This document shows, piece after piece, positions 14,535 through 25,012 of a stretch of DNA of 64,000 bases. The number at the start of each line of letters is the position of its first letter. Positions within the stretch are counted from its first letter, which is position 1. The stretch comes from an uncultured Planctomycetaceae bacterium. GTDB lineage: Bacteria; Planctomycetota; Planctomycetia; Isosphaerales; Isosphaeraceae. The notes beneath the pieces were generated by a model that saw only the letters and a program-made list of their open reading frames with translations, was not told the DNA's origin and did not search any database. A program made the translations under genes and the position numbers. The stretch is from the NCBI GenBank assembly GCA_963833985.1, contig CAWIAD010000002.1, positions 3,424,001 to 3,488,000 of the forward strand, written 5' to 3'.

Positions 14535-14627
14535 GCCCGGCGCGGTGAAACCGCGGGCGGTTCGGTTGCGGTCCGGTTCCCTGGCGCGGTTCCACTCGCG
14601 TTTCGCGTTCTCGCAAGAGACGAGAGC

Positions 14628-15954
14628 TCAGAGCAGTTCGCGGGGTGGCTGGCCGTTATCGACGATGCGGATCGGCCGGCCGTCGGGTGCCTCGAACTTG
14701 CGCTCGGGGTCAATGCCAAGCTTCAGGTAAATCACGGCCGCCAGGTCCGCCGGCGTCACGGGGCGGTCGGCGGGCAGGTCGCCGCGGGCGTCCGTCTTGC
14801 CCAGCACCAGGCCGCCGGGAATGCCCGCACCGGCAAGCAGCACGCTGTTGGCCCGGCCGTGATGGTCGCGGCCGGCATTGGCGTTGATCTTGGGGGTGCG
14901 CCCGAATTCGCCCATCATCACCAGCAGGGTGTCTTGCAGCAGCCTGCGCTCCGAGAGGTCCTCGAGCAGGGCGGAGAGGCCCTGATCGAGGGGCGGCGCC
15001 AGGGTGTTCTTGATTGTCGGGAAGTTCTGCGCGTGCGTATCCCAGCCCAGCGGGCCGGTACCGCGGTCGTTCAGCGTGACGAACGAAACGCCGGCTTCCA
15101 CGAGCCTGCGCCAGCAGGCAAGACTGGCCGAACGTGGTGCGGCCGTATTTCTCGCGGACCGCGGGCGATTCATCGTCGATCCGGAACGCGGCCTGGGTGG
15201 CGCTCGAGGTCATCAGCGAATAGGCCCGTTCGGCGAACTGGTCCCGGCTGGTGGTCAGTGGCGTGGCCGGCACATCGCGGGCAAACTCGTCCAGCGACTT
15301 GACCATGGCCTTGCGCCGCAGCAGCCGCTCGAGGGTCAGCCGGTCGGGCGGAGTGAGGTCGCGCACCCGGAAATTCGCCTGGTTGGGATCTCCGGCAACC
15401 GCAAAGGGGTCGTACGCGGGAGTCAGGTAACCGCTGGAAGAGAAGGCCGGCCCGTCCGGAATGGCCACATACGGGGGCAGCATCCCGTTCCTCGATTGCC
15501 GCAGCTTCGAGACGACGCTGCCGTAGCTGGGATACTCCAGCGCCGGCGAGGGGCGATAGCCGGTCATCAAATGGTGTGAGGCGCGGCCGTGGTCGGCCTC
15601 GGGTGAGGTCATGCTGCGGACCAGCGTCACCCGGTGCATCGATCTGGCAAGCCGGGGGAAGACCTCGCTGACCTGCAAACCCGGAACGCTTGTGGCGATC
15701 GGTTTGAACTCACCGCGGACGTCCGGCGGCGCATCGGGCTTGGGGTCGAAGGTATCCAGATGCGACGGCCCGCCGGCCAGCCAGATCAGGATGCAGTTCC
15801 GCACCGGCGAAGCGCGGCGCGTCACGTCGCCGGCCATGGCGCGAAGCCGGAAGAGATCGTCCAGCCCCAGGCCCAGGAAGCCGAGGACTCCGGCTTTCAG
15901 CACGTCGCGCCGGATCGGACCGGTGCAGGCCACGGACTTGCGCGAGGTCGGCAT
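14628..15954 (-). CDS. DUF1501 domain protein (frameshift near 15115)
   Basis: RRDVLKAG leader, LAGGPSHLDTFDPKP, YGRTTFGQSCL, WDTH, GEFGRTP, GRDHH. Confidence 0.9.
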
Positions 15955-15999
15955 GAGATCAGCTCCTGGATTCGGGCTGGATGAGAGACGAATTCCCGG

Positions 16000-18568
16000 T
16001 CAGTGGTTGAAAGCGAACTCACGTGAATTGAGCAGGGCCCAGAACAGGTCCTCGGCGGCTTCACGCAACGAGGACGCCTGCTTCAGCTCGGCCGACCAGC
16101 GCGACAGCTCCTCGGCGCTGGGCGGTCGGCAGACGGTACGCAGGTAGAGGTTCTCGATCAGTTCTTCAGGCGTCAGCTCGAGTGCCAGAGCGCTGGCGAG
16201 GTATCCGCTGAGGTGAGTCACCTTGGCCTCGATCGTGTCGCCGCCGATCACCAGCAGCGCCTGCTTGAGACTCAAAGGGGGCGTCTGGACCGCGCGCAGG
16301 TCGCCGTGCGCGGGCAACGGCCGAAGGTGTCCAGGATGGTGCTGGCCACACCAGGGTCACTGATGCGGATTGCCAGACGGGTCCCCAGCGGACCGAACGT
16401 GTTGGGCACGTCCGTCGCCTGCGCGAGGGCGTCGGCCATCTGGTGGGCCGTCAAGGGACGCGGGGTCTGGTGCGAGAAGAGCCTTTGATCGTGCTCGTTG
16501 CCGGCGATGGCGGCGCTGGAGGCCCCATACGACTGCGAGATGGCGATCGTGCGGATCAGGTCGCGAAGGTTGTACCTGTGCGCCACGAAGTGGCCGGCGA
16601 GGGCGTCCAGCAGCTCGGGATGAACCGGCGGGTTTGACCGGCTCAGATCGTCGGGCGGGTCCACCAGGCCCTTGCCGAAGAGCTGCGCCCAGACCCAGTT
16701 CACGGCGGCACGGGCAAAGTAGGGATTCTCGGGCGACGTCATCCAGCGCGCCAGCGGCACGCGCGGATCGTCGCTGGCTGCCAGGGTCACCGCGCTGCCG
16801 CCGGGCAGCCGGGGCTGGGCCGGGCGCTTGGTCCGCAGATGCAGCACCTTCCCGTTCGGGTTCACCGACAGCACGGGACGGTTCATCGTCATCCCCGCGC
16901 CGCCCATGCCGCCACGCTGAACCTTGGCAAAGAACGCGGCCAGGCCGAAATAATCGTCCTGCGTCCAGACGTCGAAGGGGTGATCGTGGCACTGGGCGCA
17001 GCGCATCCTCAGGCCCAGGAACCGCTGGGCGGTCTGCTCGGCCGCCACCGTGGCCTCGAGCGTGTCGAAGGCGTAATTCACAGGGCCGCCGGTATCCGGG
17101 TCATTGGGGTCGCCGAGCGCCGTGAGCATCTTTCGGACCATCACGTCCCAGGGCGTGTTCTCGGTCAGGCAGCGGTCGATCCACTCCTGGTAGCGATAGG
17201 CCCCGTTCCCCTGCCGCGCCTGGCTGATCTGGAGCAGGTCGCCCAGCTTGATGCGCCAGAACCAGACGAACTCGGGGCGCGCCAGCAGGCGATCCACCAG
17301 CGCGGCCCGCTTGTCCTGGTCCTTGTCGGCCAGGAACCGCCGAATCTGCTCGGGAGTGGGTTGCTCACCGGTCAGGTCGAGCGTGATGCGCCGCAGGAAG
17401 GTGGCGTCGCCGGCGGGCGGGCTGGGAGGGACCGCGAGCGCTTGTAGACGCTTGTAGAGTTTGTCGTCGATGAGGTTCTTGCGGGGCAACCGGCCGAAAT
17501 CGAATTTCAGATCGGGGTTGATCACGGTCGCCAGGCGGGCCGTCTCGACGTGCGCGCCGTAACGGACGATCACGTCGGCCTCGGCGCGCTTCAGCAACTG
17601 GCTTCGGCCGGCCGGGCTGATCGCCAGCGCGGCGTCATCGTTCACCTTGAAGATGGCCAGCCGGGTGACGTCGCGGTCGTGGCCGTCGGCGTGATGGGCC
17701 ACCACCCGCAACTGCTGGAAGCCCGGCTCAGGCAGGCGGATGCCCGCCGGCTCGACGCGGACCGAGACCACGTCGCCATGCGATTTGCCGCGCTGCCGAG
17801 GAGCCCCGGCACGGACCCAGTCGAGCAGCAGACGGTACTCGGGAGCACTCGCCGCCACCCGTGGTCCGCCGGCGTGCGGCGTGCGGCCGGCAGCCTTGGC
17901 CAGGAACAGGCTCTCCTCAGGAGCGACGAGCGAAACCCTGCGCTGCCCGGCATCTCGCACCAGGCTCTGGTAGTCGCCGTCCGGATCGTAGCCGAAGAGC
18001 GACAGGTGAAAGCCGTTCTGGCCGTCGGCCCGGCCGTGACAGCTACCGGTATTGCATCCCAGTCGGGTGAGAACCGGTACGATATCGTGCGCAACTCCCA
18101 GTCGCGTCGATCACGCGGCTCGACGCGGACCGATGCCGTGACCTCCTGCCCCTCGAACTCGGCCCGGACCGTGGCCTTTCCCCCGGCCCTGGGACGAAGA
18201 TAGCCCCCAGCTTCGACGTCCGCCACGCCGGGCGGCTGCACGCGCCAGCGCGCTCTCCCCGTCAGGTCCCGCACCGTCCCATCGGCCGAATGCTGGAGAA
18301 CGAGCAGTTGCACGCCGGGGTCGTCGGCCGTTATCGTAGCGGACTCGGGTTGGATCGCAAGCACCCGGGACGTTGCCGCGGCTGGAGGAACGGGAGCAGG
18401 CCGCAAACTCGCCACGCCCGGTTTTGGGGGGCCGTCGACCACAGCCGAGATCGCCGAAGCAGGGTGCAAGGCGTTCCCCGGCGCCGGGGTCGATCGCACG
18501 CCGCAGCCTGCAACCACCAGGCAACCCAGCAGCGCGTACGCTTCGCCGATGTACAGACGACGGGGCAT
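16000..18568 (-). CDS. DUF1549/DUF1553 protein with Ig-like domains (frameshifts near 18090 and 16300)
   Basis: FLRRITLDLTG, CAQCHDHPFD, NPYFARAAVNWVW, PELLDALA, EDLFWALLNSREFAFNH; possible lipobox VVAGC near the N-terminus. Confidence 0.88.
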
Positions 18569-18767
18569 CGAGAAGTCTCCTCCCGCCGAGAACCGGTACA
18601 GACGGGGCTCACGACAAACGTCGGATATGGAAGTATCGTAATCGCACGCCACGGGAAACTCAAGGACAATCATCAATCCGGCGCGACGGCCGCGAGAGCC
18701 ATCCTGGGACGGACCACGATGGGACACTTTTCGAGATCGTTGCCCGGCACACAGGAGCGAATGGGAT

Positions 18768-18890
18768 ATGGGCAAGGGTGACAAGCGATCCAAGCGGGGC
18801 AAGCTGTTCAAAGGCACCTTCGGCAAGCGCCGGCTCCGGCCCGAAAAGGCGGCCAAGCATGCGAAGGCCGCGGCCGCAGGCGGTTCGTGA
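18768..18890 (+). CDS. 30S ribosomal protein Thx (bS31/bTHX)
   Basis: Manual translation MGKGDKRSKRGKLFKGTFGKRRLRPEKAAKHAKAAAAGGS, matching the Thx signature MGKGDxxxxRGKxxxGxxGK; AGGAG upstream. Confidence 0.88.
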   Translation: MGKGDKRSKRGKLFKGTFGKRRLRPEKAAKHAKAAAAGGS

Positions 18891-19130
18891 ACGCCGGGTG
18901 CTGCGTCCCGGGACCGGACACTGCCGGCTCCGAGTCGTCTGGCCGGTTCTGGGCTGCCGCATTACAATTCAGCCTGGTCTAGAATGGAGCGGGGAGTCCG
19001 CCGGTGTTGGCTGACACCAGCGACTCGGTTTCTGTGCAATGCTGTGGGACCGGACGCGATCGCGCCGGAGACCGCGGAGAGGGCTTTGCGGCTGCCATGC
19101 CGCACGCGGAGAGAGAAGGAGACTCGAACC

Positions 19131-19358
19131 ATGGCCAGGCTCCGGCTGCTGAAAACGGGACACGGCGACCTGACGCTCGCCGAGTGGGACAAGGACCATC
19201 CGGAAACCGTCGCCTCCGCGAGCGCGCAGTTCACGGAGCACTTCACCGCTGGCCGGATGGCATTCCGGCTGGACGGTCCGGGGCAGACCCGCCCGATCCG
19301 CCAGTTCGACGCCACGGCCCCGGAAATCCTCATCGTTCCGGCCATCCAGGGCGGTTGA
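19131..19358 (+). CDS. 75-aa protein with C-terminal di-glycine; candidate ubiquitin-like/beta-grasp protein
   Basis: AAGGAG Shine-Dalgarno about 9 nt before the ATG; GC3-rich codons; ends EILIVPAIQGG-stop. Confidence 0.8.
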   Translation: MARLRLLKTGHGDLTLAEWDKDHPETVASASAQFTEHFTAGRMAFRLDGPGQTRPIRQFDATAPEILIVPAIQGG

Positions 19359-19438
19359 CCGGAGCTCAGGGCCATGTCTCCCGGTCGCGAGACGACTGGC
19401 GAGGCTGCGCTTCGCGTGTCCATTCGAGCGGTCCGAAC

Positions 19439-20299
19439 ATGATCCGCACCGGATACCTGCGCTGGGAGATCGAGGTCGACGACGTGCGCAGCGCCGTGGA
19501 CTTCCAGGCGCGCGAGGTCGTCTTTCTTGCCCGGCCAACGCATCGCCGCGTACGTATCAAGCGCACCGGTCATGTCGATGCGGCAGAGCAGTTCGCCCGT
19601 GGCGACGCAGCTTATGATGCGGTTTTGCGGACCCTCCAGCGCGAGGGCGGCGAGGTCGAGCTGACAATTCCCGACGTCGGTCCGCAGCACTTCCGCTATT
19701 CCGAGGCCGACCGGGCGCGGATGGTTCGCTACTGGATGGAAAAGCTCCAGCGCGAGGCCAGCGGCTTTGCCCACGAAGTGGTGCGCGTGGCCTCCTCATT
19801 CCCGCAGCTCGTGATCACCAGCCCCGCGCTGCGAGCGGGCTATGCCCGCCTGGTGGAGGCCGAGATCTTCCGGGTCATCGAAGGCAAGAGCACGCCTCAA
19901 CCCACGTCGGAGCAGCCATTCACGCTGGACGAGTCGGCCTACCAGCAGGGGGTCCCCGAGCTGGTGGCCGCGGAGCTGGTGCGCAACGTGGTCGAGCCCA
20001 AGGAGTTTCACGAGTTCTGCCAGTTCGACTGCGTGACGGTGAAGAACGGCGGCCACTATTACCGCATCCCGCGCCGGCCGCACAGCCTGATCGAGGTCTG
20101 GGAGGCCGCGACCCGGCGCCCGCACGCCCGGCTCTGCGTGGTCTTCGAGGATGCGGGCATGCCCCCCTCCGACGAGGTGGTCATGAAGTACCTGCTGGCC
20201 AAGCACCAGCCCGAGCTGCTCTGGCAGATCGGCGTGCGCTTCAGCCCCCCCACCGGCAAGTTCGAGGTCACCCCACCGAGGCGCTGGACGGTGGACTGA
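19439..20299 (+). CDS. Hypothetical protein, partner of the GG-ending protein; C-terminal domain with YYRIP...RLC...PPSDE
   Basis: 286 aa from ATG 19439 within ORF 19004..20299; GC3-rich codon usage; same strand, 80 nt downstream of the GG protein. Confidence 0.75.
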   Translation: MIRTGYLRWEIEVDDVRSAVDFQAREVVFLARPTHRRVRIKRTGHVDAAEQFARGDAAYDAVLRTLQREGGEVELTIPDVGPQHFRYSEADRARMVRYWMEKLQREASGFAHEVVRVASSFPQLVITSPALRAGYARLVEAEIFRVIEGKSTPQPTSEQPFTLDESAYQQGVPELVAAELVRNVVEPKEFHEFCQFDCVTVKNGGHYYRIPRRPHSLIEVWEAATRRPHARLCVVFEDAGMPPSDEVVMKYLLAKHQPELLWQIGVRFSPPTGKFEVTPPRRWTVD

Positions 20300-20462
20300 A
20301 GAAGGCGTCATGAGCAAGCTGCTTCCGTTCGACACAACCGAGCCGGGACTCGGGCGTGGCTGGAAGCGTGCTGGGCAAGACGACACTGGTGCCGTCAGCG
20401 CCGATTCGAAGATGACCGGGGCATCCTCCGCGTGCGATGAGGGCTCGCGGCGCGACAAGAGC

Positions 20463-22841
20463 TCAGCTCTTCGGGGCTTTGATGGTGGGCAGACTGATCA
20501 CCTTGATGGTGTCAGAACCCTCGGTGATCTCGATCATCTGGTCGGCCTTGATGTCGTGCAAGGTCTGTGTGGTCTTGCTGGTGGGCCAGGAAACGATGAG
20601 CTGGCTGACCGTTGCGGAGTCCACCAGTCCCACGTGCTCCACCAGGCTATTGCCGCCGAAGCTCGAGTTGTTGCCGATGGTGCGGTGAACTGAAACGGTC
20701 GAACCGTCGGCGGTCTTGCGATCCACGCGAATGCTGGCACCCAGCGCGGCGCGGTTGGTCGTGGTGCCGACGAGCTTCACCTTCAGCCAGTGGCGATGAT
20801 GGCCGGGGTTCTTGAAGAGCGCGTTGTATCCCTGGTCGCCCGGCGTTGCGCCGCCGAGCTCGACGAAGAGGTCGAGATCACCATCGCAATCAAAGTCGGC
20901 AAACGACACTCCGTGGCCTTTTTGCAGGTGTCCGGTTCCGGAGCTGGTCGTGACGTCGGCGAACTGCATCCCGTCGACATTCTTGAAGAGCAGGTTGATA
21001 TCGAGACCCTCGTACGACATATCGCCGGTTCCCAGGTAGAGGTCCAGGAAGCCGTCGTTATCGATATCACCGAAATTCACGCCCATCGGGGCCATGGCGC
21101 GGTCGAGGCCGACGCTCCGGGTCACCTCCTCGAACTGGCCGGATCCCAGGCCGCGGTAGAGCCGGGGCCTGCTGGACCCCTCCAGATGCGCTCCCATGGC
21201 GGTTCCCAGCACCTCGGCAACCTTGGCGCGGTAGTCGTTCACGTAGAGGTCGAGGTTGCCGTCGTTGTCAAAGTCCCAGAACCAGCAGGCAAAGCTGAAG
21301 GCCGAGCCAGTCACTCCCAGTTGCGGAGCGACATCCACGAACTTGCCGCCTCCCTCATTGTGAAAGAGCCGGCATTCCTGACCCATATTGGAGACGAACA
21401 GATCGAGCCGGCCGTCCTTATCATAGTCGCCCCAGGCCGAACCCTTGGCGCACCGGCCGTTCGTCACGCCGGCCTGCTCGGCCACGTTGCGGAACTTGCC
21501 GTTCCCCTCGTTATGGTAGAGCCGGCAGAAGTTGCGCCGGTCGTGGGGGGCCTTCGCCGCTTCGGCTTCGCTGGCGCCGGGCGAGAGGTACTCGCCGCAC
21601 ATGAACACGTCGACCAGGCCGTCGTCGTCGTAGTCTCCCCAGGCCGCCGATTCGCCGGCGATCGGTTCGACGAGGCCGGCGGCGATGGTCACGTCCTCGA
21701 ACTCGCCGTTGCCCAGGTTCCGCAGCAGCGAGGGCCGCAAGGGGTTCTCCCAGCCGCCCCGCAGCAGCAGGACGTCCAGGCTGCCGTCATTGTCGAAGTC
21801 CGCGCGCGTGAGATTGAGGGCGTATACCTGCTCTCCCAGCCGGGCCGACGCGGATCGGTCGTCAAACGTGCCGTCGCCACGGTTGATGAACAGCGATGCG
21901 CCCAGGTCGGCGTCCAGCGACGTGGTCAGCAGGTCGGGGAGGTGGTCGCCGTTGAAGTCGTCGAAGATGCTGCCGCCGGCGAGGTTCGGGCCCCGGGTGG
22001 TCAAGCCGGACTGCGTGGCGACGTTCTCGAACCGGCCGACATCCTGCCTGGACTGGAAAAACTCGGTCTTCAGCAGGTACCGGGGCGGTACCTTGTCGGG
22101 ATACTCCCCCAGCGTCATGTAGGCAATGTTCAGCAGCCAGATGACCCGCAGGTCCCGGGGAGAGCCATCCAGATAGCGGGTGAACCACTCGACCGCCTCG
22201 CGTGATCCGGTCTGGTTGCGATGCATGGCCTGGGAGGAAATCGGAAAGATGCAGCTCGACGGGCCAACGCACTCCAGGCAGTTCTCCACCTCGCCCTGAC
22301 GCAGCGAGATGATTCCCATCAGTGCCTGGAGCCGGCTTCGGACCGCCGCCGGGAACCCCGGGCCCTGCGCGGTCGCCAGCGACTTCTCGAGCCAGCTCTT
22401 CGCCTCTCGAAATCTTCCTTCGTACATGAACAGAAAACCCAGCGATTGCTCGAGCGATGCCTTGGCAATGAGCTGCTGCTGCGTCGGGGGAGTGTCAAAT
22501 TGCAGCGACTCGTAAAGCCCGTGGACCTGTGTGATGCCGCGCCGGGCCCGGCCTCGAACGGACTCGCGCAGTTCCTGGAGCGACCGAGTGTCGCGGATCG
22601 GGGCAGCGAAGCTCATCGCCGTCTTGTAGCCGCCGTCCTCGAAGCGGTCCTCGTTGAGATCGTAGACAAGCGGCTGGCTCGGGTCCGCGGCCGTCTTGCG
22701 GGAGACCGAGGCGTCCGTGCTGCCAGGAGCACCGGAGCGCCAGCCGGCCAGGAGGGCAGGCTTCTTGAACCAGACGGCCCCGGCCACAGCCAACCCTGCG
22801 CAGCCCAGCACAACGAGCAACAGCCGCATGGCAGAACGCAT
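20463..22841 (-). CDS. CRTAC1/ASPIC-UnbV family protein with FG-GAP (VCBS) repeats and N-terminal TPR-like region
   Basis: Repeated D(F/Y)DNDGxLDL motifs, GHLQKGHG, C-terminal HWLKVKLVG...NRAALGA...HVGL. Confidence 0.88.
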   Translation of the reverse strand: MRSAMRLLLVVLGCAGLAVAGAVWFKKPALLAGWRSGAPGSTDASVSRKTAADPSQPLVYDLNEDRFEDGGYKTAMSFAAPIRDTRSLQELRESVRGRARRGITQVHGLYESLQFDTPPTQQQLIAKASLEQSLGFLFMYEGRFREAKSWLEKSLATAQGPGFPAAVRSRLQALMGIISLRQGEVENCLECVGPSSCIFPISSQAMHRNQTGSREAVEWFTRYLDGSPRDLRVIWLLNIAYMTLGEYPDKVPPRYLLKTEFFQSRQDVGRFENVATQSGLTTRGPNLAGGSIFDDFNGDHLPDLLTTSLDADLGASLFINRGDGTFDDRSASARLGEQVYALNLTRADFDNDGSLDVLLLRGGWENPLRPSLLRNLGNGEFEDVTIAAGLVEPIAGESAAWGDYDDDGLVDVFMCGEYLSPGASEAEAAKAPHDRRNFCRLYHNEGNGKFRNVAEQAGVTNGRCAKGSAWGDYDKDGRLDLFVSNMGQECRLFHNEGGGKFVDVAPQLGVTGSAFSFACWFWDFDNDGNLDLYVNDYRAKVAEVLGTAMGAHLEGSSRPRLYRGLGSGQFEEVTRSVGLDRAMAPMGVNFGDIDNDGFLDLYLGTGDMSYEGLDINLLFKNVDGMQFADVTTSSGTGHLQKGHGVSFADFDCDGDLDLFVELGGATPGDQGYNALFKNPGHHRHWLKVKLVGTTTNRAALGASIRVDRKTADGSTVSVHRTIGNNSSFGGNSLVEHVGLVDSATVSQLIVSWPTSKTTQTLHDIKADQMIEITEGSDTIKVISLPTIKAPKS

Positions 22842-23188
22842 CGAACTCCCCCAATGAATCGGTCATCCGCTGGCAATGCACCGAAGTGTCACGAAGCAAA
22901 ACCCGTGGAGTAATCAGGCGCTGGGAGGGAGACGCCTTGTCTCTCCGAATCTGGCTTCTGGTACAAAGCCTCCACGTGCATGTGAGCAACGCGCGCACCT
23001 TCCACGCGAACGGGGGTGATTGACCTCCGCCCCGGTTCGACCTGTGGTGTCCCAATGTATTCGGTGTCAATTCGCAGGAAATCGGCCCAGGTTTCTTGGC
23101 CGGCTCCGGGATTTCTTGCGAACTTCATGCTGGGGGCGATCTCGCGGCCGGCATACGCCGGGCGCAAGGCTGCGCCGCTTCCCCGGCA

Positions 23189-24837
23189 TCATTCAGGCCT
23201 TCTGCGCGCTTCGATGAAGCGGACGACGTCGAAGTTGTCGCGCAGGATGTTCTGCCACTCCTCGTCGTACAGGTTCGCGTTCTGATCGTCGGAGGGGAGG
23301 GTGGGAAGCCAGAGTTCCGGCGCGATGGAATCCAGCTGCGCCAGCGCGCTCGCGTAGCGCTCGGGGTCGCCGGGTGCATGCGTCAGGTCATAGATCAGGC
23401 GCTCGCCAACGGGCTGGTTCACCTTCACCGGGATGATCCCGGAGCAGAGCACGCGCTTCCCGGAGAGTTCGAACTGGTAGGCGATCGGGTGGTTTCCCCG
23501 GCCGTCCAGCATGTGGGTCGCCACGACGACCCACCCCTTGGCGGCCAGCAGGTTCGCCGCGATGAACCGGGTCTGGGGCGGACAGGCCTTCGTCAGATCC
23601 GCGATTCCCTCGGCAGGAGCCACCACCTCGACATGATATTTCTCGATCAGCTCGCCCAGGCCGGCCGTCTTCAGAGCATCGCACGAGGTCAGGATCACCG
23701 CGGTCGGCGGCCTTGGCTGTACGCCCAGCGCGGAGCCGCTCGTTCACGAAGTCCACCAGACCCGGTCCGCCGGGCGCGTCGATCAGAAGCAGCCGGGCCG
23801 CGCTCACGAGGCCGTACACCGCCGCCCCGTGAAATGTCCCCAGGTAGTAGAGATCCGGGAGCAGACGCTTGGGGTTCCCGTCCAGGAAGTCCGCACCGTC
23901 GGCCTCGTAGCGGGCCAGCAGGGTTTCCATGTCGTGAATCCCCCGATCCAGCAGGGCCTCCCACCGCGTCTGCGTCAGGCAGGGGCTTTCCGGAGACACG
24001 TCCGCGCGGATGTCCGGGAAGGACAAGGTCGGGAACGGGCATGGACCGGAGCAGCCGGAGCGAGTTCAGGAAGTTGCGGGCATCGCCCCGGTAGCGCGGG
24101 GCCAGGTAGGCCGAATAGGTGCCCAGCGGCTTGCCCAGCTCGTTGCGCGGCTTCGCGTCGCCGCGCAGCATGAGGATGACATCGCCCGCGAAGAGGATGC
24201 GCAGTCCCGCCTGCTCGACCTGGTAGCAGATGCTTCCCGGCGTGTGGCCCGGCGTACCGATGGCGCGCACCACGGTCTTGCCGAACGGAAGCGTCTCTCC
24301 GCCCCGCAGCGCGACGTCCACGGTCGTCGCGTGCAGTTCCTGGTTGGGCATGTGAAACGTGCTGAAGAAAGCCTCGCGCGGTTCGCCCGCGCGGAGCACG
24401 TCGAGGTCGCCCGCTCCGGCGTAGACCTTCGCCCCGGTCTGCTCCCTGAGCGCCTGGGCGCCGCCGGTGTGGTCTCCGTGCGCGTGCGTCAGGAAGATGG
24501 CGACGATTGCCTTCCAGTCAAGCCGGAGGCTGGCCATCTGGGCCTTCAGCGAGGCGGCGTCGGCGTCCAGTCCGGAGTCGAAGAGCACGAGGCCCGCCGA
24601 CGTCTCCACGACGTATGCCGCCGACGGCGAGAGGCCTCCCAGCAGGTACACCCCCGGAACGACGGAGATGGGCCGGTGCACCAGCCGGGGCACGCGGTCC
24701 GGCGCGTAGCGAAACGCCGTCGCCGCGCGGTACTGGCGAATTCCCTCGACCAGGCCGGCTCCCACCAGCAGAAGAACGAGCGCGGCAATGAGTGCGCGTT
24801 TCAACACGGGGCGTTTCATCGTGCCGGGCATGGCCAC
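23189..24837 (-). CDS. Membrane-anchored MBL-fold metallo-hydrolase with a second degenerate MBL domain (frameshifts near 24010 and 23705)
   Basis: LTHAHGDHTGG, TPGHTPGS, FAGD, LPGHP; continuation frames have LLIDAPG and ILTSCD. Confidence 0.75.
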
Positions 24838-25012
24838 TTTTCCGATCCTGCTTGCAGGAAGCCGCTGAGCGCCGGCCTCCGCGCGTTGGAGCCCGTTCTA
24901 TCCTGGAGCCCGATCTGGTACCTTACTGGCCGGACCGGCCGGCCGGCCAGTGCGAATCGATCGCGGTGCACCGGGACTTGCCCGACCGCCGTCGTTCACC
25001 CGGGAAAACGTC

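Noticed and set aside
19131..19358. GG protein as Pup/UBact or a canonical ThiS/MoaD
   Set aside because: It ends in GG rather than GGE/GGQ, looks folded rather than disordered, and has no proteasome, thiamine or Moco genes nearby. A divergent sulfur carrier is not fully excluded.
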